Positions 12,423 through 25,638 of a stretch of DNA of 64,000 nucleotides are shown in pieces. Positions within the stretch are counted from its first letter, which is position 1, and every line of letters starts with the position of its first letter. The DNA is from Octopus vulgaris (Eukaryota). The DNA lies in assembly GCA_951406725.2 (NCBI GenBank), contig OX597838.1:17856001-17920000 (forward strand), written 5' to 3'. Under the pieces are notes generated by a model. The model was not told where the DNA came from and made no database searches. It worked only from the letters and a program-made list of their open reading frames with translations. The translations under genes were made by a program, and so were the position numbers.

Positions 12423-12835
12423 AGGCGCGGGAGTGGCTGTGTGGTAAGTAGCTAGCTTACCAACCACATGGTTCCGGGTTCAGTCCCACTGCGTGGCACC
12501 TTGGGCAAGTGTCTTCTACTATAGCCTCGGGCCGACCAAAGCCTTGTGAGTGGATTTGGTAGACGGAAACTGAAAGAAGCCCACCGTATATATGTATATA
12601 TATATATATATGCGTGTGTGTGTTTGTGTGTCTGTGTTTGTCCCCCTAGCATTGCTTGACAACCGATGCTGGTGTGTTTATGTTCCCGTCACTTAGCGGT
12701 TCGGCAAAAGAGACCGATAGAATAAGTACTGGGCTTACAACGAATAAGTCCTGGGGTCGAGTTGCTCGACTAAAGGCGGTGCTCCAGCATGGCCGCAGTC
12801 AAATGACTGAAACAAGTAAAAGTGTAAAAGAGTAA
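12423..12835 (+). mobile_element. Major Octopus-type tRNA-derived SINE, family A (representative full copy)
   Basis: A/B-box head (GTGGCTGTGTGGTAAG...GGTTCAGTCCC), internal (TA)n(TG)n, (GAGTAAAA)n tail. About 30 copies or fragments, e.g. 28-336, 5410-5820, 9925-10362, 11830-12296, 14115-14550, 17726-18140, 21911-22395, 25043-25420, 27887-28293, 32010-32410, 35688-36562, 36670-37065, 61776-62172, 63243-63640. Confidence 0.92.
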
Positions 12836-13859
12836 GTTTAATGTGATTTCTTTTGTGCCGTAAGCCATTTACCGTTTCTATGGTGCCCCCCCCCCCCCCG
12901 CCCGCCACTTCACTTGATGCCCTAAGCACGTACTTATTTTGCTTAATGGTTAATCCAACGCTGGTCCCATTTAATGGAATGCTTTTACCAAGGCCGTAAC
13001 CCCGTAACCATCCGGTTAGGTGGTGGTGACCCTCTTCGGTCAGACACTGACCATGGGTTTACACCTAGAGAGTTACCCACAAGTCTGGGCAAGGTTGTTT
13101 TATGGAAGGCCAGTAGTCGCCCATGCATACCGGCCTCCCCTCTCCAGGTCACCGATGTTGTCCAAGGGAAAGGCAAAGGGGCCGATACAACTTGGCACCT
13201 GTGACGTCGCAACTCATTTCTACAGCTGAGTGAACTGGAACAACGTGAAATAAAGTGTCTTGCACACGAACACAACACGCAGCCTGGTCCGGGATTCGAG
13301 CTCACAACCTCACGATCGTAAGCTCGACGCTCTAACCACTGAGCCACGCGCCTTCACCATCCGGGTTATCATCTGTTAATGTATGTCTAGACTTATACCA
13401 TTGTATACACTGTTCATATCCTTTCCCGATACTATAAAGTAAGACCCTGAAGGAGATTTGGTTGCTATTTTTAGCAGATGAAGCGACCCAACAGAACTTC
13501 AATTCACTGGAATTGGATTTTATATTTGTCTGTTGCCTTGTATCAGGTGCAGGGCACAATGACGTCATATCTTAATACAATCATTAATTCTTATCTTTGA
13601 GTAATTCCATATTTCTCAAAAAATTTCCTTTGACGAATAAAATAAAATAAATAAATATAAAAAGGAATAAACAAAAAACTGCGACAAAGACATATTTAAA
13701 GCATGCGTATATATTTAAATATATATTTAAATATATTTAAACATACAGTATTTATATTTTTTTATTCACATACTTAAAGTGGTGTATTCATACACACAGG
13801 CAAATGCTTATTTACATACACGAATATACGCATATACACACGTGCGCGCGCGCATGCCT

Positions 13860-13960
13860 CTTCTCCCCAGGGAGTACAGCCCCAGCTCTTTTAACCTCTC
13901 CCAGTAGTCTGTCTGGGGGCAATCTTCTTGGTGTGGCGGCGTTGGATTGCCGCGAGTATA
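13860..13960 (-). mobile_element. CR1/L2-type LINE fragment
   Basis: AIQRRHTKKI / DYWERLKELGLYSL in two frames. Confidence 0.7.
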
Positions 13961-14311
13961 GTCGTTATATATGATAACAGGAGAAAGAGAACTTGATAAA
14001 ACAGGAATATATACTTTAAAATATATTTTAATTTTTAGTCTTTTTTCTTTTTTCATTTCTATTTTTGTAACTTTTGCCGACTAAAAATATAAAAGCGTGT
14101 ATACATATATATATACTCTTTTACTCTTTTACTTGTTTCAGTCATTTGACTGCGGCCATGCTGGAGCACCGCCTTTAGTCGAGCAACTCGACCCCGGGGA
14201 CTTATTCTTTTTGTAAGCCCAGTACTTATTCTATCGGTCTCTTTTTGCCGAACCGCTAAATCACGGGGATGTAAACACACCAGCATCGGTTGTCAAGCAA
14301 TGCTAGGGGAA

Positions 14312-14401
<90 letters not shown>

Positions 14402-14692
14402 TACGACAGGCTTCTTTCAGTTTCCGTCTACCAAATCCACTCACAAGGCATTGGTCGTCCCGGGGCTATAGCAGAAGACACTTACCCAAGATGCCACGCA
14501 GTGGGACTGAACCCGGAACCATGTGGTTGGTTAGCAAGCTACTTACCACACGTATGTATGTATGTATGTATGTATGTATGTATGTATGTATGTATGTATA
14601 TATATATATATAGACTTGTGCCTAGAAGGGGAACTTTCTGGGTGCAATCCCATGGTCATTCATGACCGAAGGGGGTCTCCCATATATATATA

Positions 14693-15150
14693 CAGGAGGC
14701 GTAAGGTATTTGAGGACTTACATTTTGGGGTTCATTACTTAATTTTTTGCTAACTCTGTATAATCTTTCAGAAAATAATAATATCAGACCCTCAGCTTAC
14801 TCAAAAAATGAAGAGGCATGCTGTTATTGTGGATATAAAGATTGAGTATAGCGATTTAGAAATATCTCGATTTTTAAAAGTTGACAGTTCTTTCGTCCAC
14901 AAAGTTTGTAAGGAGTTGGAGACTGAAAATGGAAACGTATCACTAGTATCAAAGTATAAAAAGCATTCTAAACGCTCTGAAATCCTCAGAACACTTGAAT
15001 TTATCCAACAAGTTCAACTGACCATTGATTGCAATCTCAGAAAGTCCATGAGGTCAATTGCAAAAGATCTCCATATGTCAGAAGGAACAGTCAGAAATGA
15101 TGTTCACGAAGACATCAGATATAAGTCTTATATGATGGGGAAATGTCAGT
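14693..15150 (+). mobile_element. Tc1/mariner superfamily (probably maT/DD37D-like) transposase 5' remnant
   Basis: ORF 14808 has two HTH-like segments (EISRFLKVDSSFVHKV; RKSMRSIAKDLHMSEGTVRNDVHEDIRYKSY). Truncated by a minisatellite. Confidence 0.75.
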
Positions 15151-15164
15151 TTGTCAGAAAAAGC

Positions 15165-15872
15165 AGATTGCTGGAGATAGCCGGAGATTGCCGGAGATTG
15201 CCGGAGATAGCAGGAAATAGCCGAAGATTGGCGGAGATAGCCATAGATTGGCAGAATAGCATTTTGGGAGATTTCCCAATAATACTGGGTGGTAAAAGAC
15301 CTGGGAGAGAGTGAGATAGAGTGAGATAGACGGAGATAGAGTGAGAGAGGCGAGAAAGAGTGAGAGAGGCGGAGAAAGAGTGAGAGAGGCGGAGATAGAG
15401 TGAGATAGGCGGAGAGAGAGTGAGATAAGCGGAAATAGGTGGAGATTGGCGGAGATTGATGGAGATTGGCGGAGATTGCCGGAATAGCATTTTGGGAGAT
15501 TTCCCAATAATGCTGGGTGTTAAAATACCCGGGAGAGAGGGAGAGAGGGAGATTGGCGTAGATGGGCGGAGATTGGCGGAAATTTGCGGTGATAGGCAGA
15601 GATTGGCGGGGATACGGGGAGATACGCGGTGATAGGTGGAGTTAGGTGGAATAGCATTTTGGGAGATTTCTCAATAATGCTGGGTGTTAAAACACCTGGG
15701 AGAGAGTGAGATAGATGGAGATAGAGTGAGATTGGCGGAGATTGGCGGGGACTGGCGGAGATTGGTGGAGATAGGCGGAATAGAATTTTGGGAGATTTCC
15801 CAATAATGCCGGGTGTTAAAACACCTGGGAGACTGTGAGATAGGCGGAGATAGAGTGAGATAGGCGGAGATA
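15165..15872. repeat. Higher-order minisatellite
   Basis: 10-bp units GGCGGAGATW / GAGTGAGATA punctuated by four copies of a roughly 55-bp spacer (GCATTTTGGGAGATTTCCCAATAATGCTGGGTGTTAAAA). Confidence 0.9.
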
Positions 15873-16084
15873 ATAAAAAAATAAAACCGATGCTGGTGTG
15901 TTTACGTCCCCGTCACATAGCGGTTCGGCAAAAAGAGACCGATAGAATAAGTACTGGGCTTACAAAAGAATAAGTCCCAGGGTCGATTTTCTCGGCTAAA
16001 GGCGGTGCTCCAGCATGGCCGCAGTCAAATGACTGAAACAAGTAAAAGAGTAAAGAGTATATTCGTATATACATACAGGTGGAT

Positions 16085-16470
16085 AGAAGCACTCCGTCGG
16101 TTACGACGACGAGGGTTCCGGTTGATCCGAATCAACGGAACAGCCTGCTCGTGAAATTAACGTGTAAGTGGCTGAGCACTCCACAGACACGTGTACCCTT
16201 AACGTAGTTCTCGGGGATATTCAACGTGACACAGAGAGTGACAAGGCCGGCCCTTTGAAATACAAGGTACAACAGAAACAGGAAGAAAGAGTGAGAGAAA
16301 GTTGTGGTGAAAGAGTACAGCAGGGATCACCACCATCCCCTGCCGGAGCCTCGTGGAGCTTTTAGGTGCTTTCGCTCAATAAACACTCACAACGCACGGT
16401 CTGGGAATCGAAACCGCGATCCTATGGCCGCGAGTCCGCTGCCCTAACCACTGGGCCATTGCGCTTCCAC
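16085..16470 (-). mobile_element. tRNA-derived SINE family B (representative)
   Basis: Head GGCCCAGTGGTTAGGGCAGCGGAC...GGTTTCGATTCCC. Related copies at 6730-6947, 7026-7400 and 50900-51080; head-related variants at 12975-13358, 43853-44100, 50036-50335 and 57480-57665. Confidence 0.88.
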
Positions 16471-17173
16471 ATATACATACAGGTACACCCACATACGCAT
16501 ACACATATATTCGCAAACATATGCTAGTATTCACTTATTCTCTTTTCTTGCTGCAGTCATTAGACAGCGGCCACGCTGGGGCAACGGCTTTGAAGAATTT
16601 TTAATGGAATGAAACGACCACAGTACTTATTTTTTTTTTTAAGCCGGGTACTTATTCTATCGGTCTCTTTTGCCGAACCGCTAACTTACGGGAACGTAAA
16701 CACAGCAACACCGGTTGTCAAACGGTAGTAGGGGACATCCTCAGACACACGCACACACACACACACGCACATATATATACATATGAAGGCGGCGAGCTGG
16801 CAGAAACGTTTGCACGCCGGGCGAAATGCATAGCCGTATTTCGTCTGCCGTTACGTTCGGGGTTTTTCCTCTCTATGTTTATCCCCTTGTGGGCAATAAA
16901 GAAATAGGTATTTTGTCTGTCTTTACGTTCTGAGTTCAAATTCCGTCAAGGTCGACTTTGCCATTCATCCTTTAGGGGTCGATAAATTAAGTACCAGTTG
17001 CGTACTGGAGTCGATATAATCGACTGGCTTGCCTCTCCACAAATTTCGGGCCTTGTTTCTAGAGTAGGAAAGAATCATTAGCACGCCGGGCGAAATGCCT
17101 AGCGGTAATACCCGAAGACAGGCTTTTTAAAACAAACTACGAATTGAATTTTTACACCCACACGTACGCACAT

Positions 17174-17221
<48 letters not shown>

Positions 17222-17897
17222 ACACACACACACATACACACATGTATGCATATATAACTATATTATAAAATGTGTATTTTATAGTGGGTGGGCCAAATCC
17301 AAAAAGGGCCTTATTTATTGATTTGGTTGCACCCCCTTCCCCTGCAACTTAAGTTTGATGGTACCACATTGTTCCTGGGTCTATGGGGATAACATTTTCA
17401 CTTGTTGTCATTCGCACAACCTGTCAGGTAATTAGGACAACAGTTTTTTTTATAGGTAAAGGTGAGTCTCGAGGCTATAAAAAGTGGAAATATGTGATAC
17501 ACAGGTAACCATTGGGAATATTTGTCTATTACCGAGATTTTTATCGAAATCCTCCATGTTGGCCTTATTGAGGACGGGGTAGAAAATTGCTTATAATATC
17601 ATTTATTAGTGAAGATAGCAGACTCAAATTTCACAAGGAATAGTAGAAATATACAGTAAATACAACTATTTTCTTTAACTTGATGAATATTGAATTAATT
17701 GCAAAAAATAGGAATGAAAGTCAATAGGCGCAGGAGTGGCTGTGTGGTAAGTAGCTTGCTAACTAACCACATGGTTGCGGGTTCAGTCCCACTGCGTGGC
17801 ATCTTGGGCAAGTGTCTTCTGCTATAGCCCCGGGCCGACCAATGCCTTGTGAGTGGATTTGGTAGACGGAAACTGAAAGAAGCCTGTCGTATATATG

Positions 17898-17937
<40 letters not shown>

Positions 17938-18401
17938 ATTGTGTATCTGTGTTTGTCCCCTAGCATTGCTTGACAACCGATGCTGGTGTGTTTACGTCCC
18001 CGTCACTTAGCGATTCGGCAAAAGAGACCGATAGAATTACAAAGAATAAGTCCCGGGGTCGATTTGCTCGACTAAAGGCGGTGCTCGAGCATGGCCGCAG
18101 TCAAATGACTGAAACAAGTAAAAGAGTAAAGAGTAAGAGTATACTATGAAAGAACATTAAAAAATGGGCGTTTTTTCAGACAAATTGATGAGATTTTCCA
18201 ATTTTGGGTGATGGAAGATGAAAAATTCACCATGAGTATGGGTATTACAGACATCTAATTTCGGCTCAGATAGTTGTAGTACTTGTTTAATCAGGCATTG
18301 TCTATTTAGGACTACAACAGACAATGAGTCCTACCTTCCATTTTCTTTTCCAAACTTGACTGTCAGTGAACTGAAAGAGATTTAGCTTCTATTTTTACCA
18401 G

Positions 18402-18507
18402 GTTGAGTACCTCTTCCTTGGGTTGTAGTTGCTTCGGTTTGGGCGGGAAGGGCGTGAACATGCAGTGCACCTGCATGGATTGGTGCACGTGCACCAGCCA
18501 ACCATAG
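18402..18507 (+). CDS. Orphan exon-like island, possible Cys-rich terminal exon (strand ambiguous)
   Basis: Strong acceptor cttctatttttaccag|G; LSTSSLGCSCFGLGGKGVNMQCTCMDWCTCTSQP*. The minus-strand reading 18510-18399 (RYGWLVHVHQ...EEVLNL) is also open with AG/GT ends. Confidence 0.35.
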
Positions 18508-19649
18508 CGTCTATACGTGTAGAAACGTGCATCCACCCACGCACACACAAACGCTCCTTCTTTCCTTCTTTCTTGCACGCGCACGCACGCACACACACAC
18601 ACACATCGCGTGTGTACGCGTGTGTATGTGAATATACGTTTGTCTGTGTAACTATTAATACATATGTGTGTGTGTGTGTGTACGTTTCCGGGGCGACAGA
18701 AACCTTGTGAGTGGATGTGGTTGACGAAAACTGAAAGAAGCTCGTTGTATGTATGTATGTATATATATATGTATTTCATTACTACCCACAAGGGGCTAAA
18801 CACAGAGAGGTGACAAACAAGGACAGACAAACGGATTAAGTCGATTATATCGATCCCAGTGCTTAACTGGTACTTAATTTATCGACCCTGAAAGGATGAA
18901 AGGCAAAGTCAACCTCGGCGGAATTTGAACTCAGAACGTAACGGCAGACGAAATACGGCTACGCATTTCGCCCGGTGTGCTAACGTTTCTGCCAGCTCGT
19001 CGCCTAATTACGTTTTATTGCATAATGCTACAATTGATTCATCACTCTTTTGCATGAAGAAGTGTGTGCGTGCGCGTGTGTCTATGTGCGTGTGCGCGCA
19101 GGTGTGTATATGTGCGTATTCAAACATACGCACACACATGCACACGCTTACATGCAAATAAATAGCGATAGTCACAGCTGGAATGCCTTTGATCATAGGA
19201 CGACCGGATTAAAGTCGATTTAGGGATTAAGCAACGACATCTGCTCCTTATTCCTTCAATCCGAAGGATTAAAAATTAAAGTTAACCTTGCCTGGATCTC
19301 ATCCCAGGACGTAACTATATATTTCTTTACTACCCACAAGGGGCTAAACACAGAGGGGACAAACAAGGACAGACAAAGGGATTAAGTCGATTACATCGAC
19401 CCCAGTAACGTAACTGGTACTTATTTAATCGACCCTTGGCGTTCGGAAAGTCCGGGTTGTGAGAGGTTCCTTGGCTGCTCCTGAGTGTTATTGTTGTTAT
19501 TGTTTTTGACACTTTACGCGCACTATATGTAAATTCCCACTCCTTTATGGCGTATCGTCCTTTGATTTTGCGTACAGCCCTTGTGGCTAATAAATAAAGA
19601 ATTATCATTATTTTCCACACTCTCTCTTTCTCTTTCTCTCTCTCACTAC

Positions 19650-20720
19650 CCTCCCACACACACACACCAACACACTCACTAACTTCACTCTCTGACACTC
19701 ACGCATCTACACACACACTCACACACACTCACTCACGCACCCACACACACAGTTTCACACACACATACACTCACTCCCACCACTCATCTCCCACACTCAC
19801 CCCCACACACACACACCAACACACTCACTAACCTCACGCATCCACACACACACACGCACACACTCACTCACGCACCCACACACAGAGTTTCCCACACACA
19901 CAAATACTCACCCCACCACTCATCTCCCACACTCACCCACACACATACACACACACCAACACACTCACTAACCTCACACACGCAGACTCACGCATCCACA
20001 CACACGCGCACACACTCACGCACCCCACACATACACTCACCCCCACCATTCATCTCCCACACTCACCCACACACATACACACACACCAACACACTCACTA
20101 ACCTCACACACGAACACTCACGCATCCACACACACGCACACACACACACACTCACTCACGCACCCACACACACATACACTCACCCCACCACTCATCTCCC
20201 ACACCCCCCACACACATACACACACACCAACACACTCACTAACCTCACACACGCATACTCACGCATTCACACACACACACAGTCACGCACCCACACACAC
20301 ACAGCTTCACACAAACACATACACAGTTTCACACACACACACACATACACTCACCCCACCACTCATCTCCCACACTCACTCCCCACACACACCACCACAC
20401 TCACCAACCTCATACACGCACATTCACGCATCCACACACTCGCGCATCCACTCACACACACGCACACACACACACTCACTCACGCACCCCCCCCCACACA
20501 CACACACTCACTCACGCACGCACCCACCACACACACACACTCATCCCACCACTCATCTCTCCCACTTCCCCCCACACACACACACACACCACACTCACTA
20601 ACCTCACACACGCACACTCACGCATCCACTCACACACACGCACACATACACACACACTCATGCACCCACACACACACTCCCCCCCACCACTCATCTCCCC
20701 CCACCCCACCCCACACCCAC
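19650..20720. repeat. CA-rich compound minisatellite
   Basis: CCCACCACTCATCTCCCACAC and CACACTCACTAACCTCAC recur about every 120 bp. Confidence 0.9.
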
Positions 20721-20883
20721 ATTATCATTCTCCTCGGTTTCCTTATCTCCTGAGCTTTTCTTCCAATTAATTCCAATGTCTATTGATGCTTCGAATCCCT
20801 TAGAAAGGCTTTCCTTTAATTCTCCAACTTTTGTTTACTACTCTCGTTTCTCGAACCTTCTTCCAATATATTCTAGACACAAT

Positions 20884-20940
20884 CGCGCATGCGCGCTATC
20901 TCTTCCTCTCCCACGACGTTTCGCGCGTTTTGTAGTCGGG
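20884..20940. promoter_or_regulatory. CpG-rich promoter-like motif cluster
   Basis: Palindrome CGCGCATGCGCG (NRF1-type) at 20884-20895, TTTCGCGC (E2F-type) at 20919-20926, ACTACAA on the minus strand at 20930-20936. Confidence 0.35.
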
Positions 20941-21211
20941 AAATTGAGAAATTTCCAATTTATTCCAGGATTTTCCTTATAAAGATCGTTTCAATTTGAA
21001 TGTGTGTTTTGCTTCGCGTGTGACAGAAGATGTGTGTTTTTGCATGTGAGAGTGTGTATGCGCGCGCGTGTGTTTGTGGGTGTGTTTGTACGTGTATGCG
21101 TGTATGTGTGTGTTTGTGGAAATAGAAAGTGAAAGTTGTTTATAACTAAACGGCAAATTCGTAGGAGTACAAGTGTGTGTATGGGTGAGACTATGAGAAT
21201 GTGCATGCGTT

Positions 21212-21283
<72 letters not shown>

Positions 21284-21434
21284 TATGTGTGTGTGTGTGA
21301 GAGATAGTGTGTGAGAGAGAGAGTGTGTGTGCATGTGTGTGTGTGAGAGAGAAAGCGCGTATGTGTGTGACAGAGAGAGTGTGCATGTGTGTGTGTGAGA
21401 GAGAGAGAGTGTGTGTGTGTGTGTGATTTCACAG

Positions 21435-21613
21435 TTGTGGAATACGACCGAGTTTTGGAAAAGGTGTCAGAGTTTCTGTCGAAGGGGTTGAGTAGTGATG
21501 GCCAGAAAACCAGATCCCTATCAATGTCTCCTTGGCGGGAAATTCGGGTTACTGTTTTGTATCGACTCGCCATAAAATGCACGGAGGATTGGAATTTGCA
21601 GAGATACCTCGAA
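21435..21613 (+). CDS. Orphan exon-like island (strand ambiguous)
   Basis: gatttcacag|TT GTG; VEYDRVLEKVSEFLSKGLSSDGQKTRSLSMSPWREIRVTVLYRLAIKCTEDWNLQRYLE. Unique sequence among microsatellites; an antisense frame is also open. Confidence 0.3.
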
Positions 21614-21694
21614 GTAAAAGAATGAGTGAGAGAGAATGAGAGGAAAAGAAAGAAAGAAAGGAAGAGAGGGGTGGGATCCTATGTGGGATTATCT

Positions 21695-21910
21695 CTATCT
21701 GCGACGATTTCATCTCAATCGAAGGAGAGGGGCTTTCTCCGTCCGGGTTGCGAATCCGTGGAATAAGCTGCCGGGCGAGATAGTGAAGATGCCGACGACC
21801 GCTCGGTTCAAAGTCTCTCTTGACCAGAAATGGTCTGAACTCCCTGTACATAACTCCATGTCCCCCTACATGGCCTTGCTTTTTGCTTTTTGAGCCAAAA
21901 AATTAACTAA
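21695..21910 (+). mobile_element. CR1-group LINE 3' tip
   Basis: RRFHLNRRRGAFSVRVANPWNKLP...FKVSLDQKW; TAAC tail interrupted by a SINE. Confidence 0.8.
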
Positions 21911-22076
21911 CGGAGTGGCTGTGTGGTAAATAGCTTGCTAACCAACCACATGGTTCAGGGTTCAGTCCCACTGCGTGGCATCTTGGGCAAGTGTCTTCTG
22001 CTATAGCCTCGGGCCGACCAATGCCTTGTGAGTGGATTTGGTAGACGGAAACTGAAAGAAGCCTGTCGTATATATG

Positions 22077-22181
<105 letters not shown>

Positions 22182-22644
22182 TTGTGTGTCTGTGTTTGTC
22201 CCCCTAGCATTGCTTGACAACCATTGCTTGGTGTGTTTATGTCCCCGTTACTTAGCGGTTCGGCAAAAGAGACCGATAGAATAAGTACTGGGCTTACAAA
22301 GTATAAGTCCCGGGGTCGATTTGCTCGACTGAAAAGGCGTTGCTCCAGCATGGCCGCAGTCAATTGACTGAAACAAGTAAAAGAGTAAAAGAGTAACTAA
22401 CTACATGAAAAGTGTGTGCAAAAAGGAGAATAACGCTAAAAAAGAAACCATGACTAACTTTCCCAGACCACAGTTATTTTAATGCCGGGAAAACACATAA
22501 TAGGACGGCGTGTGGTAGATTTGTTCTATCAGATCGGTTAGGTGACTGACCCGGACCAATGCAACTCTTCCATGTCAGATGTCTTCGTATCTTCGATCTG
22601 ATATCCAGTGTGTTTCACATATTGATCGATTTCAATTTAAGCTC

Positions 22645-23520
22645 TTCTTATTTCTTTATTGCCCACAAGGGGCTAAACACAGAGGGGACGAACAAGGACA
22701 GACAAACGGATTAAAGCGATTATATCGACTCCCAGTGCGTAACTGGTACTTATTTAATCGACCCCGAAAGGATGAAAGGCAAAGTCGACCTCGGCAGAAT
22801 TTGAACCCAGAAAGTAGCGGCAGACGAAATACCTATTTCTTTACTACCCACAGGGGGCTAAACACAGAGGGGACGAACAAGGACAGACAAACGGATTAAG
22901 TCGATTATATCGACCCCAGTGCGTAACTGGTACTTATTTAATCGACCCCGAAAGGATGAAAGGCAAAGTCGACCTCGGCGGAATTTGAACGTAGAAAGTA
23001 GGCCTAGTCACACGGGCCGTCCTTGCTACATTCACTCACCTTTCTACAAAAGTATTGATGGTGGGGCAGCACTTCCCTTTGTACCCTCACTTTCCGGCGG
23101 AATTTGAACTCAGAACGTAGCGGCAGACGAAATACCTATTTCTATTTCTTTACTACCCACAAGGGGCTAAACACAGAGAGGGTAAACAAGGACAGACAAA
23201 CGGATTAAGTCGATTATATCGACCCCTAGTGCGTAACTGGTACTTATTTAATCAACCCCGAAAGGATGAAGGGCAAAGTCGACCTCGGCGGAATTTGAAC
23301 TAAGAACCTAAAGACAGACGAAATACCTATTTCTATTTCTTTACTACCCACAAGGGGCTAAACAAAGAGAGGACAAACTGATTAAGTCGATTACATCAAC
23401 TCCAGTGTGTAACTGGTACTTATTTAATCGACCCCGAAAGGATGAAAGGCAAAGTCGACCTCGGCGGAATACGGCTATGCATTTCGCCCGACGAGCTAAC
23501 GTTTCTGCCAGCTCGCCGAC
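22645..23520 (-). mobile_element. SINE family C tandem multimer
   Basis: 4-5 units with the same junction type; (AAT)n at the head side. Confidence 0.85.
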
Positions 23521-23592
<72 letters not shown>

Positions 23593-25638
23593 GTAATAAT
23601 CCTTTCTACTACAGGTACAAAGCCTGAAATCTTGGAGTGGGGGTAGGGAACTAGCTGTTTACATCGACCCCAGTGTTTCACTGGCACTTAATTTATCGAC
23701 CTCGAAAGGATGAAAGTCAAAGTCGACTCCGGCGGAATTTGAACTCAGAACGTAACGGCAGACGAAATACCGTGCTAATACCGTGGCGTGCTAATGTGTG
23801 TGTGTGTGTGTGTGTGTACATATCGATATCCCTTCTACTCTCACCTCTTCTTTTTTTCACCTATTTTTATCATCTCTCGCCCAACAGCCCTCATACTGAT
23901 AATTCTTTATTTATTAGCCACAAGGGCTGTACGCAAAAACAAAGGACGATACGACATAAAGGAGTGGGAATTTACATAGAGTGCGCATAAAGTGCCAAAA
24001 ACAACAACAACAATAACACTCAGGAGCAACCAAGGAACCTCTCACAACCCGGACTTTCCGAACGCCAAGGGCACCTCAGACAGACACCCCTCACCTTTCC
24101 ATTCCTTCTGGCCTATAGGCGCATACCAGTAATTTCAGGGGAGGTGGGTAAAGTCGATTACATTGACCCAGTGCTCAACTGGTACTTATTTTGTCGATTC
24201 CGAAAGGATAAAAGGCAAAGTTGACCGCGGCAGAATTTGTACTCAAAACACAAAAAAGCCGTACCTAAATGCCGCCAGTCAGTTCTGGCGTTCTCTCTAA
24301 CTCCTTTTTTTAATATGAATAATAAATTGAACAATTCAAAGATAAAAGAACGAAGAAGGAAAATTTATGTGAATAAGAAACAAACGAAAGTTGGTATTGA
24401 ATGAATATCAAATGGATGAATCAAGTATATAAAGTAGGAAAGAAAGATAAGGATAAATGATTGATTGGATTAAAGGAGGGAATCCCGGAAAGAAGGAAAG
24501 AAAGAAAGAGACAACAAAGAAAAAAGGGTGAAAACGAAAGATAATAACAGAAATGTGTAACAAAATGTTATGGAATAACTGGAAGAAAGAAGACAATGCC
24601 GCCAGGAATTTGGTGTAATTTTTTAGGGAAATTAAATGAAAACAACAACCAAATAGAAAAAAGATTCGAGACATCAGAAAATAAGGAAGAGAAATAAAAA
24701 TTAAATGTTGGAGAGTTATTAATTGGAAGGGATTCAGGTACAGTTATAGTGCTGTGGAGCAAGGTTAGGGAGGAGGGGTCTCGGTATTATATTGACTTTT
24801 TTTAAGAGACCAGAAAAAGCGGTGAACTGGTAGAATGGTTTAGTGAGTCGGGAGGGGTCGGGGAATCCTCAGCGATATTTCTTCCGGTTCTTTACGATCT
24901 GAATTCAAATTCTGCTGTTTGTTCTTTAACTTGTTTCAGTCATTTGACTGCGGCCATGCCGGAGCACCGCCTTAAAGTGGATTTTTAGTCGAAGAAATCG
25001 ACCCCCAGGACTTATTCTTTGTGATTCTAGTACTTATTCTAGCACCAGCCACATGGTTCCGGGTTCAGTCCCACTGCGTGGCACCTTGGGCAAGTGTCTT
25101 CTACTATAGCCTCGGGCCGACCAAAGCCCTGTGAGTGGATTTGGTAGACGGAAACTGAAAGAAGCCCGTCGTATATATGTATATATATATATATGCGTGT
25201 GTGTGTTTGTGTGTCTGTGTTTGTCCCCCTAGCATTGCTTGACAACCGATGGTGGTGTGTTTATGTCCCCGTTACTTAGTGGTTCGGCAAAAGAGACCGA
25301 TAAAATAAGTACTGGGCTTACAAAAGAATAAGTCCCGGAGTCGAGTTGCTCGATTAAAGGCGGTGCTCCAGCATGGCCGCAGTCAAATGACTGAAACAAG
25401 TAAAAGAGTAAAAGAGAGAGAGTTATTCTATCCGTGTCTTTAGCCGAACATAAACACACTAGCATCAGTTGTCAAACGATGGCTGGGGGACAAACTCAGA
25501 CACACACACAAACATAAATATATACATATACACATGTATATACGACGGGCTTCTTGAAGATTATGCGCAATAAACTGGTTTTGCTTCTAAACTACGCAAA
25601 ATATTTTAGCAATTTTTTTTATACAATTCCTAATAATA

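Noticed and set aside
13180-13210. Twister-like loop ACAG-GUGCCAAG-UUGU on the minus strand in a SINE
   Set aside because: Loop length and pseudoknot partners do not fit, so it is unsupported.
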